A DNA stretch of 63,708 bases, counting the filler, from Octopus bimaculoides (Eukaryota): NCBI RefSeq assembly GCF_001194135.2. It is 7 parts of 6 records of this genome, joined end to end, with 100 filler letters (N's around TTAATTAATTAA, not from the genome) between each part and the next. Parts side by side here need not be neighbours in the genome. Positions count along the whole stretch, not along the records: positions 34,802 to 51,223 come from NC_068998.1; positions 51,324 to 53,964 come from NW_026370633.1; 5 more parts are not named here. One strand, given 5' to 3'. Positions 38,336 through 51,744 of the stretch are shown here, one piece after another. A model generated the notes under the pieces. The model ran no database searches and was not told where the DNA came from. It saw only the letters and a list, made by a program, of their open reading frames with translations. A program made the position numbers and the translations under genes. Every line of letters begins with the position of its first letter. Position 1 is the stretch's first letter.

Positions 38336-39327
38336 GAGTTTTTTACCTGTAATTTTGGATTTTGTCCCTAATANNNNNNNNNNNNNNNNNNNNNNNNNNN
38401 NNNNNNNNNNNNNNNNNNNNNNNNNNNNNNNNNNNNNNNNNNNNNNNNNNNNNNNNNNNNNNNNNNNNNNNNNNNNNNNNNNNNNNNNNNNNNNNNNNNN
38501 NNNNNNNNNNNNNNNNNNNNNNNNNNNNNNNNNNNNNNNNNNNNNNNNNNNNNNNNNNNNNNNNNNNNNNNNNNNNNNNNNNNNNNNNNNNNNNNNNNNN
38601 NNNNNNNNNNNNNNNNNNNNNNNNNNNNNNNNNNNNNNNNNNNNNNNNNNNNNNNNNNNNNNNNNNNNNNNNNNNNNNNNNNNNNNNNNNNNNNNNNNNN
38701 NNNNNNNNNNNNNNNNNNNNNNNNNNNNNNNNNNNNNNNNNNNNNNNNNNNNNNNNNNNNNNNNNNNNNNNNNNNNNNNNNNNNNNNNNNNNNNNNNNNN
38801 NNNNNNNNNNNNNNNNNNNNNNNNNNNNNNNNNNNNNNNNNNNNNNNNNNNNNNNNNNNNNNNNNNNNNNNNNNNNNNNNNNNNNNNNNNNNNNNNNNNN
38901 NNNNNNNNNNNNNNNNNNNNNNNNNNNNNNNNNNNNNNNNNNNNNNNNNNNNNNNNNNNNNNNNNNNNNNNNNNNNNNNNNNNNNNNNNNNNNNNNNNNN
39001 NNNNNNNNNNNNNNNNNNNNNNNNNNNNNNNNNNNNNNNNNNNNNNNNNNNNNNNNNNNNNNNNNNNNNNNNNNNNNNNNNNNNNNNNNNNNNNNNNNNN
39101 NNNNNNNNNNNNNNNNNNNNNNNNNNNNNNNNNNNNNNNNNNNNNNNNNNNNNNNNNNNNNNNNNNNNNNNNNNNNNNNNNNNNNNNNNNNNNNNNNNNN
39201 NNNNNNNNNNNNNNNNNNNNNNNNNNNNNNNNNNNNNNNNNNNNNNNNNNNNNNNNNNNNNNNNNNNNNNNNNNNNNNNNNNNNNNNNNNNNNNNNNNNN
39301 NNNNNNNNNNNNNNNNNNNNNNNNNNN

Positions 39328-39359
<32 letters not shown>

Positions 39360-39818
39360 TTATCTTCCCACTTAACTATAATTCAATAATTTGAATCCGA
39401 CTGAAATCTTGGCTATATCCAATTATAATGATGCATATCATATGTAATTCTTTTATTAGCAATTAGTTAAATATATCTGAATAATTGTTACAAGGGATTA
39501 TTCTAGTTTCTATGTAATATTTTAGTACTCCCTTCATTTCACAACCTATATGAACGTTATATTTCGGTTACTTTTAAGCAGAATCCTCGAAGGAAGCATT
39601 TAGAGAAATGCAATCTCAAAGAAGTAATTATAGATTTCTTCAGGATATGGTTATTTAATATATAAGCAACTGATGATTAAACAAAATCTACATGATGTTT
39701 TAATTTCACACACACACACACACAAACACATATGTATATATATATATATACACATATAAAGCGTGCGGTGAATAAACCGTAGTTTAAATAACGCAAAGAT
39801 CAAATTAACACTGACATA

Positions 39819-39895
39819 GCCTTCAGTTCATCTTTGGTGTCACAAGGAGTTTTGTTGATCTCTCTTACAACATATCGTAATCAAGGGAGATGCAA
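39819..39895 (-). mobile_element. Small maT transposase fragment
   Basis: REINKTPCDTKDELKA; nucleotide match to about 12105-12190. Confidence 0.65.
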
Positions 39896-40914
39896 CCTGT
39901 GTCTTTCTGTGTTTATGTGTGTGAGTGTGTGTTTGTGTGTGTGTGTGTTTAAAATTGCAGAAATATTATGGACTACAATTCTTATTAAAACTCTATCTAG
40001 CAAACCTTCTGAATCTAAAAAGAAATATTTGAAAATATGGCATATAACAGATAAACTGTTGGTGTGTTAAATGATGCAGAAAAATAAGTGAAAGTCGGAA
40101 GTGCTGATACAGAAACCTATAGAATAAAGTTCAAAAGAATAACTATTTGGAAGTACGTTATGTGCTCTCTGCTGTCTTTATCAGCACGTAAATAGAATGA
40201 ACTATAAAAAAGAAAATAAATAAATAATGGAAGCGTAGTTCATTTATGTAATTAGAAGTTAGTTATGGTGGTACAAAAGGTAACTGAAGGATGATATTTG
40301 CAAGATAAAGTAAAAAAAAAATACTAAAAATCTGTCGAAATGGCAGTGATATAAAGAAAGATAAATCCTATTTACAATTTTTGTTTCTTTTCTGGGGGAT
40401 CAGTTAAAATTAGTTATGTGATTTGAAGCGTATATGAGAACACAGAGAACAGATTTGAAACATCCATTTCGAGAATAATCTTTCAAATAATTCAGAAGTG
40501 CAAAGTTGATATGGTCTACTGAATTTGGAGTAAACTTTGTTGAAACGGATTATTTAATACTGATTTACATAGTTAATGTTAGTAGTGCTAATGATAACTG
40601 TATGTAGTAAAAGCATTTCGCTGCGATTCTAGCCAGTGGTGAAGAGTGGTCAAGTATTAAGTGTAGTGTAATCTAAACCTAAATAAATCCAATACATCAT
40701 TCAGATGTAGTGCTACGTTTAGCAGAAATATCTACTTTAGAATTGCAATTGTCTTTTTATAGACATTAAATTTGGTGAATGAAATTGCATAAATGTGAAT
40801 TGGAATTTGCTTTTAATGTGATTCATGTTGCTTAACGAACGTGATATGTTGGCTCTCGTATAAGAGTAAGTTTTGATTCGTTTATAAAATGTTTATGAAA
40901 AGACTGGTATAGAT

Positions 40915-42510
40915 GTAGAAACTGCTATGCAAGTACACAGTTCTATATTTAAGAGATGAGGAATTATGAGCATTATTTACATCATTTACAATTGACGGAT
41001 ATTTGTCCTCATCTTGTTTGTTGTTAAACACAACGTTTCGGCTGATATACCCTCCAGCCTTCATCAGGTGTCTTCGGGACATTTCAAACCTGTGTTCTCA
41101 TTCCTAAGGTATTTTTCGATGTTGGGATTAGTAGCCTACGCTTTTAACCACTACGCCATATGCCTGTGGGCAATTATGGAGTGAATTTTAGGGCTTGTAA
41201 ATCTAATATTTCCTATCCATCATTAATATCAGTTCCTATATGCTGTTTATATCTGCACTCGGTCTGCTTAGGAGGTTCTTATGTCCTAGCATATGTGCTG
41301 CTTCTTTTAGTTTTCGTATTTTCCAATGGTGTTCTCTGTCTTTTATTTTAACTTCATCCTACAGGGGGAGGTGGTCTCCATTTTTCCATACATGATCAGC
41401 TATACCCGGTTTATCAATATATCTCTGTCTTACAGCTTTGCGATTTTCCTCTACCCTTTTTTGAGGGGGAGACATGTTTCGCCTTTGTATAACCTACCAC
41501 AGCTGCATGAGATGGAGTACACGCAGTTCTTGGTCATATTCTCTTCTATTATTGGTTTTACTCGAAGGAGATATTTGCGAAGTGTTTTATTACTTTTGAA
41601 TACTGTCCTGATGTCCTGAGTTCATACTTGGTGCATTTTATTAATACGTCCAGGAATGCTAGCTGATTGCCATTTTCATTTTCTAATGTGAACTGCACGG
41701 ATGGCTTTATTGAGTTCACATGATCTAACAGCACTTGAACATCTTCCTGGTGGGGCCAGAGTATGAAGGTGTCATCAACATATCCCAGCCACATGGTTGG
41801 TTTTAGTGGTGTGGATCCTAAAGCCGAATTCTCAAAATATTCCATGTATATATTGGCTATTATCGGTGATAATGGCGAACCCATAGCTAAACCCTCTTGT
41901 TGTCGATGTATATCAGTGTCCATACTGAAGTAGGTAGTTTCTACACAGAAGGTCAACATTTCCATCAAGTTTCTTATTGGTTTCATAGTGCGTTCTTTTA
42001 GATGGGTGTCTGTCACTAGTTTTTCTTGAATCGCCGATAGAGCTTCATCAGTTGGGACTTTGGTGAACAGACTTATCACATCTAGACTCAACATCTGATC
42101 AATTCTGTGAAGTGGGTGGAATTCTTCACGTACGATGTTGACTTTCCTGCTAATGGACTGATTATATCCACAAGGAAGCGGCTCAGTGGATGACATGCTG
42201 AACCTCTATAAGTCTTAATGGAATACCATCCTTGTGAATCTTAGGAGGAGCGTATATGTGTGGTAATTTACTGTGGTGTTGAGTCAGTTGTCTGTACTTT
42301 ATTGGTGTAAAGCGATCCTTCTTCTTGATCAAGATCTGTGACAACTTTCTTTCCGTTTTCAAAGTAGGGTCTTTCTTTACTTTGCTGTAGCTACCATCAC
42401 TTATAAGACTTGCCTGCTTTTCTGAGTAGTCAGACTTGTTCATCTCCACTGTAGCATTTCCTTTGTCTGGTGGAAGTATTATGATGGAATTGCCACTCTG
42501 TAGTCTTTTA
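40915..42510 (-). mobile_element. Penelope retroelement (RT, GIY-YIG endonuclease, 3' pLTR), 5'-truncated and internally deleted
   Basis: LSLDVISLFTKVP..EGLAMGSPLSPIIANIYME..YVDDTF..LAFLDVLI; YKGETCLPLKKRVEE..KIRKLKEA; hammerhead in the 3' repeat. Confidence 0.9.
41027..41072 (-). ncRNA. Minimal type I hammerhead ribozyme in the Penelope pLTR
   Basis: Minus strand: GACAC-CTGATGA-A-GGCTG-gagggtatat-CAGCC-GAAAC-GTT-GTGTT. Confidence 0.85.
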
Positions 42511-42521
42511 ATAATAATAAT

Positions 42522-42606
<85 letters not shown>
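42511..42606. repeat. (AAT)n(GAT)n microsatellite at the Penelope 5' truncation point
   Basis: Directly visible. Confidence 0.95.
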
Positions 42607-44059
42607 TTAGCGATGATAGATTTTCTCGTTCACCTCTTGCCGAACGACAGTGATGAAATATTTGTGTAGTACATTAGCTCACTACCTCCCTGGAATCGAC
42701 GTTACTCGAAAAGTTGCACGGTGTACCATATGTCAGGTATCGAAGTGATTATAAAGCAACGTGTGATGAAATGCCTGCTTAAGAACACAACGCACCAGCC
42801 GGTCTAGGAATTGGAATTCTGCTTATACTTATATACTGCTTCGCGCTGACAGTTCGTTATTTACCTTGATCTGGTGATCTGCTAGCGCGAATCACTCAAC
42901 CTGTTGAATGATTTATATATAAAGCTACAGATTTGTTAAGCTCGTTCAGAGTTGCCTCTCTTAGGTACATCTCATTCACAGGATTCAAAAAATTAGAAAC
43001 ACCAATATCTAAGATTATTAATAGATGGCGACAATTTTAATGTATTTACATTTTTTGCAGTTGGAATATGTGACAAACTTATTTCAACTTACCTAATTCT
43101 GCAGATATTGAAAGGATTCAGGCATCTGACATTTTATAGACAACGTCATGGGTATCGAGACTAAAGCCACAAATCATCTTAAACCTTTTGTAAAATCAAG
43201 TAGACTCAAAATGTGTTTTCTAAAGCTAATCCTTATTTCACACGAACGCCATACAAGGCATACAACACTAAGTCATAGCATTACAATGTAACTGATGCAA
43301 CGGAATATCCATCAAACTGGTGCTGCTCTAAAAGCGAATTCTACTCCTAAATGTTGCATCAAACTGTTATTGTCTGAAACTGTACAGCAACAGATATTTG
43401 TTTCGCGGCCAAGAAAAACTGTTTTTCGTAAATCATATGCATTATTATGTCGAGTAAAATCTTCTGTGATATAAAATAGTAAAATATGTTGTTTGAAAGT
43501 TTTATTTTATGTCAAATGTGCATTTCTGAAGCTTTCAAAATTTCATCGCCCAAACTTGTTCTTTCACACTATCTTGAATATTCTTTTTCCTGATTCACAC
43601 TTTAAATCACTCAGATACTTAGAAAGCTGGGGTTTTTTTTAGCATACAGCGGAATATGCAATTAGATATTCTTACTTTTATCGAATTAAAAATTTTACCA
43701 GCGTTTCTGTATTTTCAATTTATTATTAGATATTTAGATAGCCACTCATTGATTTAAAAATTCTTCTGTATTCGTTCACCATTCACCTTCCTTTTAATTA
43801 AATAGCATCTATGCGTGTTGTAAACTTCTAGTTCACTGCCTATAAATCTACACTAAATTATTCATTCCAGTAATGTTTATTATAGATAGTTTGTAGGATT
43901 GATGTGCTTATAATATCGTTATATAACTTCACCGCGCAACCGCAGTTATATTCGCCAGCATATAATAACAAAAACATTAAAACTGTGTACCAGAAAGAAA
44001 ATTTTACAGTGAAAATAATAAAGGTAGAACATTTTGAGAAATTTCCATATATAATAATG

Positions 44060-44120
<61 letters not shown>

Positions 44121-44123
44121 TAC

Positions 44124-44151
<28 letters not shown>

Positions 44152-44156
<5 letters not shown>

Positions 44157-44217
44157 AAACCCAGGTTCGAAATTTCCCCAAGACACCTGATGAACGCTGG
44201 AACCAAACGGGTCGAAA
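44152..44217 (+). mobile_element. Truncated copy of the Penelope pLTR
   Basis: ccaggttcgaaatttccccaagacacctgatgaacgctgga matches the minus strand of 41050-41100 and then diverges. Confidence 0.7.
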
Positions 44218-44255
44218 ATAAGCAAATTCGCTTTTCCCTATCTATAATCGTTATA

Positions 44256-44551
44256 GGCGCAGGAGTGGCTGTGCGGTAAGTATCTTGCTTACCAACTACA
44301 TGGATCCGGGTNNNNNNNNNNNNNNNNNNNNNNNNNNNNNNNNNNNNNNNNNNNNNNNNNNNNNNNNNNNNNNNNNNNNNNNNNNNNNNNNNNNNNNNNN
44401 NNNNNNNNNNNNNNNNNNNNNNNNNNNNNNNNNNNNNNNNNNNNNNNNNNNNNNNNNNNNNNNNNNNNNNNNNNNNNNNNNNNNNNNNNNNNNNNNNNNN
44501 NNNNNNNNNNNNNNNNNNNNNNNNNNNNNNNNNNNNNNNNNNNNNNNNNNN

Positions 44552-44589
<38 letters not shown>

Positions 44590-44781
44590 TCCCCCAAAAC
44601 ATAGCTTGACAACCGATGCTGGTGTGTTTATGTCCCCGTAACTTAGCGGTTCGGCAAAACAGACCGATAGAATAAGTACTAAGCTTACAAAGAATTAGTC
44701 TTGGGGTCGGTTTGCTTGACTAAAGGCAGTGCTCCAGCATGGCCACAGTCAAATTACTGAGACGAGTAAAAGAGTAAAGAG
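44256..44781 (+). mobile_element. Complete SINE family A with internal microsatellite and gap
   Basis: Head ggcgcaggagtggctg, gap, (TG)n, 3' part tttgtccccc..gagtaaaagag. Confidence 0.85.
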
Positions 44782-44834
44782 AATAACGGTGGATAGTGTA
44801 CGTAATAGAATTTAATAGTCAACATATTTTGTTA

Positions 44835-45900
44835 TGTGATAGTATAGAAACAATTTACGTATTTATACGCAAAAGAGTTGAACTTTAACAGGGCACTTTA
44901 AGTGATAAAAAGGGCAGTTAAAGACCAAACCACGAATAAGTGCAAATTCAAAGGGAATAGAAATAGAAAATACTTTTGTAGTTACCCTAAGATCGAGTTT
45001 CTGTATCAACGTGCAAAATGAATTAATTTGCCATCCGTACTTCTTTAGTGGTACGCAGCTTTAATTTTCTTATTTGCTGCCGAATGTAACTGCGATTGCG
45101 CGGTGGATTTTAGAATTACAACGTATAAGTATGTAGAACGTGTATTTTTGGTGCTATTTGCTGCATAAATATGCATTAATTTTAGTGCCCTCACTGAAGA
45201 TGTACGGTTGGCAAATTCATTTATTTTGCACATTGATACAGTGACTCGAATCTGAGAGCAGCAACAATTATTATTTTTTTATATTCATTCTCTTTGAAAT
45301 TGCTCTTATTCGTGATATGGACTGTTACTGTTCTTTCTAGGATGTAAGGTATCCTGTTAAATGTAACTTCTTTCGTATATATATATACATAAATTATTTG
45401 TGCACAATTATATATGAAAATATGATTTCTATTGATTTTATTACGCATGCTAGCCACCGGTATGAAATGTTCTATGAATTTTCTAACCTATTATTTTCAC
45501 GGTAAAATGTTCGCAGTTTCAAAACCTTTCTGCTACGCCGCTATAATTTTTATTGTTGTTATTCGCTGCCGAAAGTAACTGCGCATGTGCAGAGGAGTTG
45601 AAAATTATAATATATAAGTATGTAGCACGTGTATTTTCATTGCTATTGGCTGCATGAATATGCATTAACTTTAGCGACCTCACTGAAGAAGTACGGATGG
45701 CAAATTAATTTATCTTGCACGTTGAATCTCGAGTTTGAGGGTAACTACAAATATATATTTTTTATTTTCATTCCCTTTGAAATTGCTCTCATTCGTGGCT
45801 TGGGCTTTTACTGTCCTTTCTAGCATGTAAGGTGTCCTGTTAAAGGCCACCTCTTTTGTGTATAATTATGTAAATTATTTGTACACTACTATATGTGTAT
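44835..45900. repeat. Three copies of a hammerhead-bearing unit (one inverted, two tandem with period 489 bp)
   Basis: Plus copies about 45065-45420 and 45555-45900; minus copy about 44835-45052; CCTCA-CTGAAGA at 45189 and 45678. Confidence 0.8.
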
Positions 45901-47880
45901 ATATATCTATATATATATATATATATATATATNNNNNNNNNNNNNNNNNNNNNNNNNNNNNNNNNNNNNNNNNNNNNNNNNNNNNNNNNNNNNNNNNNNN
46001 NNNNNNNNNNNNNNNNNNNNNNNNNNNNNNNNNNNNNNNNNNNNNNNNNNNNNNNNNNNNNNNNNNNNNNNNNNNNNNNNNNNNNNNNNNNNNNNNNNNN
46101 NNNNNNNNNNNNNNNNNNNNNNNNNNNNNNNNNNNNNNNNNNNNNNNNNNNNNNNNNNNNNNNNNNNNNNNNNNNNNNNNNNNNNNNNNNNNNNNNNNNN
46201 NNNNNNNNNNNNNNNNNNNNNNNNNNNNNNNNNNNNNNNNNNNNNNNNNNNNNNNNNNNNNNNNNNNNNNNNNNNNNNNNNNNNNNNNNNNNNNNNNNNN
46301 NNNNNNNNNNNNNNNNNNNNNNNNNNNNNNNNNNNNNNNNNNNNNNNNNNNNNNNNNNNNNNNNNNNNNNATATATATATATATACAGTGAATGCTGTGA
46401 ATATGGTCTTACTTCTAGTTATTAGTTTTAATCATCAATAGAATTTCTCCAAACAGCCTGAATGGATATTGAAATGCAATATAACCAGAATCTTAGACGT
46501 GTTAGTATTTTATATTCTTTGAATATTCGAGACAGAATAACAACGAACGTGGATAATGTATCGTATAAAGAAAGATTATGTCTCTCCAATATTCGTATCA
46601 ATAAAGAATCTGGCGTAACTCCTGTATCAGATGTTTTTCTGCCATATAATAAAATCTCAGCAATGTTACTATCAACACTTCTAACAAGATTACAAAGAAG
46701 ACTGTTTTATTGGTGCTTATTAACAGAAATTTATTTTCTTTGGCCCGGAAGAATAGACAGTTTCTCTATGCCTGGTAGTCATGGGGAAAATGGATGGTAT
46801 GGTTAACAAAACTGAAAGGACTGAAGGAATACGCTTTCCTCTTTGTGAGGCTCTCATAAACTTATTCAAGTTCTACTTCAATAAAAAAACGTGAGGAAGA
46901 AGGAAGATGAAAATACAGGTCCATATTGAAATAGCTGATACGTGTACGAATAAATATTAAAATATTTTACCACTAGTTTGACAAGCTTTCACACACATAA
47001 GTAAAAAAGAAACAAAAACATATATATCTATAGACGGAAGTTTAAAAATATCTTTGTGCAGAACACAATCAAATGTCGATATAAGAAAAGCTGATCAAGC
47101 AGAATGAAGAACATGATCTTGCAAGTCATCGTTCCAGTCAAGGTTATCTTTACTTGCGTCTTTGATAAAAAAATAAAAAAACGTTCTTGTGACTAACATA
47201 TATCGTGAAATGTTGGAACGATATACACCACCGCCTACTTGTTGATACACACACTAACATGAAAGTTTCCACATCTCTAGGCTGAGGCCTAAATTGAAAG
47301 ACAGTATTTTTGATCATACATAAACTTGGATTTAAGTTCACACAGATTATTTTCATTATTGATTTTTGCAATAATATTGCACAAGTTATCTGAGAATAAC
47401 CCGGAAAATAAACAAAAGCGTTATGTTTTCTTTACATTTTGAAATATAATGTTTGAGACTTGTAGACATTTTGTCTTCAAAGGAATGCTACATTGTAAAA
47501 AAAAGAAGACAAGCAAACAAAACAGTCTGTTGATTTATAATAGAAAAACTATGAAAAACACCGTTCCAAGAAAGTTTATATGGTGAAAATTTAAATATTA
47601 AGATAACATGTTGAGAATATTATCAAAGCAAAGAGAAGAAAACGAAAGGTGTGTAACAAGTACACTAAAGTGAGTATGTCACAGCTGGTGGAAAATAATG
47701 AAGTCAGATTAAGAATACAACATTTGGCAGATCGCATTTTATCATCAAAGTAGTCGTGCATTAACGATTACGCCATGTAGCTCAAATGCCTTTTTCTTTT
47801 TTACTCAGTGGATTTGTATACTACGCAAGCAGAAACACGGCCACATAGCTCTCTGCTAGCATTTTAATATGAATATACAT

Positions 47881-48007
<127 letters not shown>

Positions 48008-48011
48008 ATAT

Positions 48012-48887
48012 CGAGAAGCACTACCCGTTCGGGATAAGCTCTACAGGCATGGCTCGAGAAACACGGGGCCGACCTGTCCGAGATGCCGGCAGAGCGACGA
48101 AACCGTTCTGCACGCACTCGTACAGTGTCCCACCATTTCCGAGCTGTGGGCTTACNNNNNNNNNNNNNNNNNNNNNNNNNNNNNNNNNNNNNNNNNNNNN
48201 NNNNNNNNNNNNNNNNNNNNNNNNNNNNNNNNNNNNNNNNNNNNNNNNNNNNNNNNNNNNNNNNNNNNNNNNNNNNNNNNNNNNNNNNNNNNNNNNNNNN
48301 NNNNNNNNNNNNNNNNNNNNNNNNNNNNNNNNNNNNNNNNNNNNNNNNNNNNNNNNNNNNNNNNNNNNNNNNNNNNNNNNNNNNNNNNNNNNNNNNNNNN
48401 NNNNNNNNNNNNNNNNNNNNNNNNNNNNNNNNNNNNNNNNNNNNNNNNNNNNNNNNNNNNNNNNNNNNNNNNNNNNNNNNNNNNNNNNNNNNNNNNNNNN
48501 NNNNNNNNNNNNNNNNNNNNNNNNNNNNNNNNNNNNNNNNNNNNNNNNNNNNNNNNNNNNNNNNNNNNNNNNNNNNNNNNNNNNNNNNNNNNNNNNNNNN
48601 NNNNNNNNNNNNNNNNNNNNNNNNNNNNNNNNNNNNNNNNNNNNNNNNNNNNNNNNNNNNNNNNNNNNNNNNNNNNNNNNNNNNNNNNNNNNNNNNNNNN
48701 NNNNNNNNNNNNNNNNNNNNNNNNNNNNNNNNNNNNNNNNNNNNNNNNNNNNNNNNNNNNNNNNNNNNNNNNNNNNNNNNNNNNNNNNNNNNNNATTTTT
48801 TTTTCCTTCCTTCCCCCTCCCAAAAAGAAAAGCTCTACATTGTATTTGTCCCATCTTCGTTGAGCCCTGTGTGGCTAATAAAAGAAA
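48012..48887 (+). mobile_element. 5'-truncated Tx1/L1-like LINE 3' end (middle is a gap)
   Basis: [35 protein letters not shown] (C-terminal knuckle); after the gap a 3' UTR ending AATAAAAGAAA. Confidence 0.75.
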
Positions 48888-48889
48888 TG

Positions 48890-48940
<51 letters not shown>

Positions 48941-48959
48941 ATATATCTAGCTATCTATC
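48890..48959. repeat. (TATC)n microsatellite
   Basis: Directly visible. Confidence 0.95.
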
Positions 48960-49177
48960 ATCATGGACGGACGGTAGACACATCGGCTCCCATATAAGTT
49001 GCATTTTTCACCTCTTAAAAGACCTGTTTTGTTTTTAAATTTTGTATAAGTTGTGTATAACACAAAATACTTCGTGAATATATATTTTTCAAATCGGAAA
49101 TAGCTCTATTTAGAGCCTTATTTACAAAAAATTCAAAAACATCTTCCTCGTTCCTAATCATATTCTGTAAAACGAAT

Positions 49178-50989
49178 ATGGCTATGGTATACAACAAGGC
49201 CGATTTCCCGCCTCTAATTCCAGAGGCGAAATAACTTAATGCCGTTCCGCATGCACGCAGACAGGTGGTGGAGAAGAGCAATGATTGTGAATCTACTGCT
49301 GCTGCCTCAACCACCATCACTACCACCATCACGTGTAAAAACTCTGCTGCTACAGCAGTCTTGCCTGCCACCGTCACCAGTGAAAACAACAAAAACAACA
49401 ACAACAACAACAGCAACAACAAGGACACAAATGTCCTTGCTAACAAAACCACTGTCCTCACCACTGATTCCACCACTACCGCCACCACCACCACAACAAA
49501 CACGAACTTTGGCGAGGCTTTGAAGCCCAGAAAAAGAAATTTGAATATATCGAAAGAGAAATTACTCGCATGCAAAAGCATGCTAAGTAAAAAGGACGTT
49601 ACAGTCCATCGTCAAACACCTGCGGACTTTAATTTAAAGACAAAGACACTGGAAAAATTCACTCAAGAAAAGGTTGAGAGGTGCCTAAAGCTGCTATGGT
49701 CTTATAAAACTTACATAACGAGAGGAATGAAGTTCGCAACAATAGAGGTAAGACTCGACAGCGAGCAGCGAGCCAAGGACCTCTCCACAAAGTCATTACA
49801 ACATGAGAACCTGCTCATGATCCCTACGTACCTTGGTCGTAGGGTTACGAAAATAAAGATTTCGAATGTGTCTCCTGAAAGTGAGGAAGAATGGCTCGTA
49901 TCCGCCATATGTCTCGGCATAGAGGAGGAAATAAACATTTTAGAAGCATCTGCCGTGTACAATGAAAACTGGATTGGCCAGGAATTTCAACTCCTGGTAC
50001 CAGTTGATCCAGCAAACTACGAGAAAATTCCACATAGAATCCAATTAACTGAGGATTCAAGCTTCCATGTTTCCGTCGAAGGAAGAAGGCCAGTTTGCTA
50101 CGTTTCTAGTAGCAAAACCACCTTCGAAACACATGCCCAGTAGCCCGGGAGCAAAGGCAACAACAACGTCAACAATACCAAGAAAGACAACAACAACAAC
50201 AACCACAAGAAAACCAAAAGCACAAGAAAGAAACAGCATTACTGCCTACACCGCCATATGCACAACTGGTCAAGCAGCTGTACAACGAAATGGAGAATCG
50301 TCAGCAGCCAGCAACCCAGCCGAACCAAACAACAACACCACCAGTACCACCAAGAACAGAATCAGCACCAGCACCACCACCACCAACAACAACCCCACAA
50401 GAAGAAGGGTACACGAAGAAGACTCCCACCCCACCCCCAAAAACCCAAACACCACATCCCAACTGTCACGAAACAGCACCAACACCACCAACAACAAAAT
50501 CAACCCACACAAAAATAGACCCCANNNNNNNNNNAAAAAAAAGAACGGAAATACAAACAAACAAAGCGGGGAGGTTTAGCAGCCCCGAAACCAACACATC
50601 CACAGAAAACAAAAACACCAACACAAACGCACCAACACAGGACACCACAACAATGTTGACAGCGATAAACACAAACAATCCAGACCTAATGAAATTCATT
50701 AGGTCAAACACTAACATAACAGAAAATGACACGAAAACAAGCAATCACCCACGCACAACACCACNNNNNNNNNNCAGAAAATGACACGAAAACAAGCAAT
50801 CACCCACGCACAACACCACCACAACACATCAAAATCATACACGTAACACGTAGCACATACAATACACTGAAATCTCTCTACCCGGATGCAGTAGAGAGAT
50901 TCCAGAAATATTCATTAAAAAAACTGTACAAAGACCTTTTGAGAGAAGACTGTGAGGTGAAGAACCAAGAACTTTCGGACAGTAAGTAA
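49178..50989 (+). pseudogene. Tx1/L1-like LINE ORF1 (gag-like), disrupted
   Basis: MAMVYNKADFPPL then a stop at 49232; 292-aa open stretch; knuckle CYV[S]SSK/HLRNTC broken by a frameshift near 50120; Q/T/P-rich tail. Confidence 0.8.
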
Positions 50990-51038
50990 CTCTCTCTCTC
51001 TCTTATTTCGTGTGTAAAACACAAATTTTGATAGAATC

Positions 51039-51223
51039 ATGCTCAAAATAGGCAGTATAAATGTACGTGGCTTGGGGTCGCCTTGGAAACAAGGGTATCT
51101 GTTAAACGACACCAAGTCACAAAATCTGCATGTCATAGCCATCAGCGAGACCAGACTCCACAGCCCGCGGGCCCTCCAGCACATGTTCGGCGGACATTTC
51201 AACATTTATTTTTCTCCGTGTCT
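51039..51223 (+). mobile_element. Tx1/L1-like ORF2 start (AP endonuclease), cut by a gap
   Basis: MLKIGSINVRGL...VIAISETRL, 49 bp after the ORF1 stop. Confidence 0.85.
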
Positions 51224-51323
51224 NNNNNNNNNNNNNNNNNNNNNNNNNNNNNNNNNNNNNNNNNNNNTTAATTAATTAANNNNNNNNNNNNNNNNNNNNN
51301 NNNNNNNNNNNNNNNNNNNNNNN

Positions 51324-51376
<53 letters not shown>

Positions 51377-51606
51377 CATATACCTGAGTAAGCTGGTGGC
51401 ACGTAAATAGCACCATTTGAGCGTGATCATTACCAGCGTCGCCTTACTGGCACTTGTGCCAGTGGCACGTGAACAAAACCGAAATTCTTTGATGCAGTGC
51501 TCCAGCATGGCTGCAGTCTAATGACTGAAACAAGTAGAAGGTATCCATATTGTGATGATGATGGTGGTGATGATGTTATTGATCCTCAGCAACTTTTGTT
51601 TTTCAG

Positions 51607-51744
51607 AATTTGGTACGAACCACACATTGCTCGACCTTGGCTTTGACCAGACGACGCAGTCCCCCAATAAGACGAAGGCCAATTTGGCTTCAATGACCAC
51701 CCCTGTGGGGGCGTCTATCCTCGACGAACAGCTGCTGGCTCTTG
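51607..51744 (+). CDS. GGA: GGA adaptor hinge exon 1
   Basis: tttcag| acceptor and |gtaaga donor; FGTNHTLLDLGF...SILDEQLLAL; joined to the next exon gives SILDEQLLALGLSDP, resembling human GGA1 SLLDDELMSLGLSDP. Confidence 0.75.

Noticed and set aside
39548-39648. Minus-strand ATATC-CTGAAGA..GAAAT-ATAAC-GTT-CATAT hammerhead-like motif
   Set aside because: Stem II is not adjacent to the core and the first stem I pair mismatches; too weak to call
46462-46806. 114-aa ORF with YWCLLTEIYFLW, superficially like GPCR TM5
   Set aside because: Does not continue into the expected TM5-TM6 motif; no suitable donor
50720-50819. 45-bp direct repeat across a 10-N gap
   Set aside because: Typical unmerged contig overlap; likely an assembly artefact
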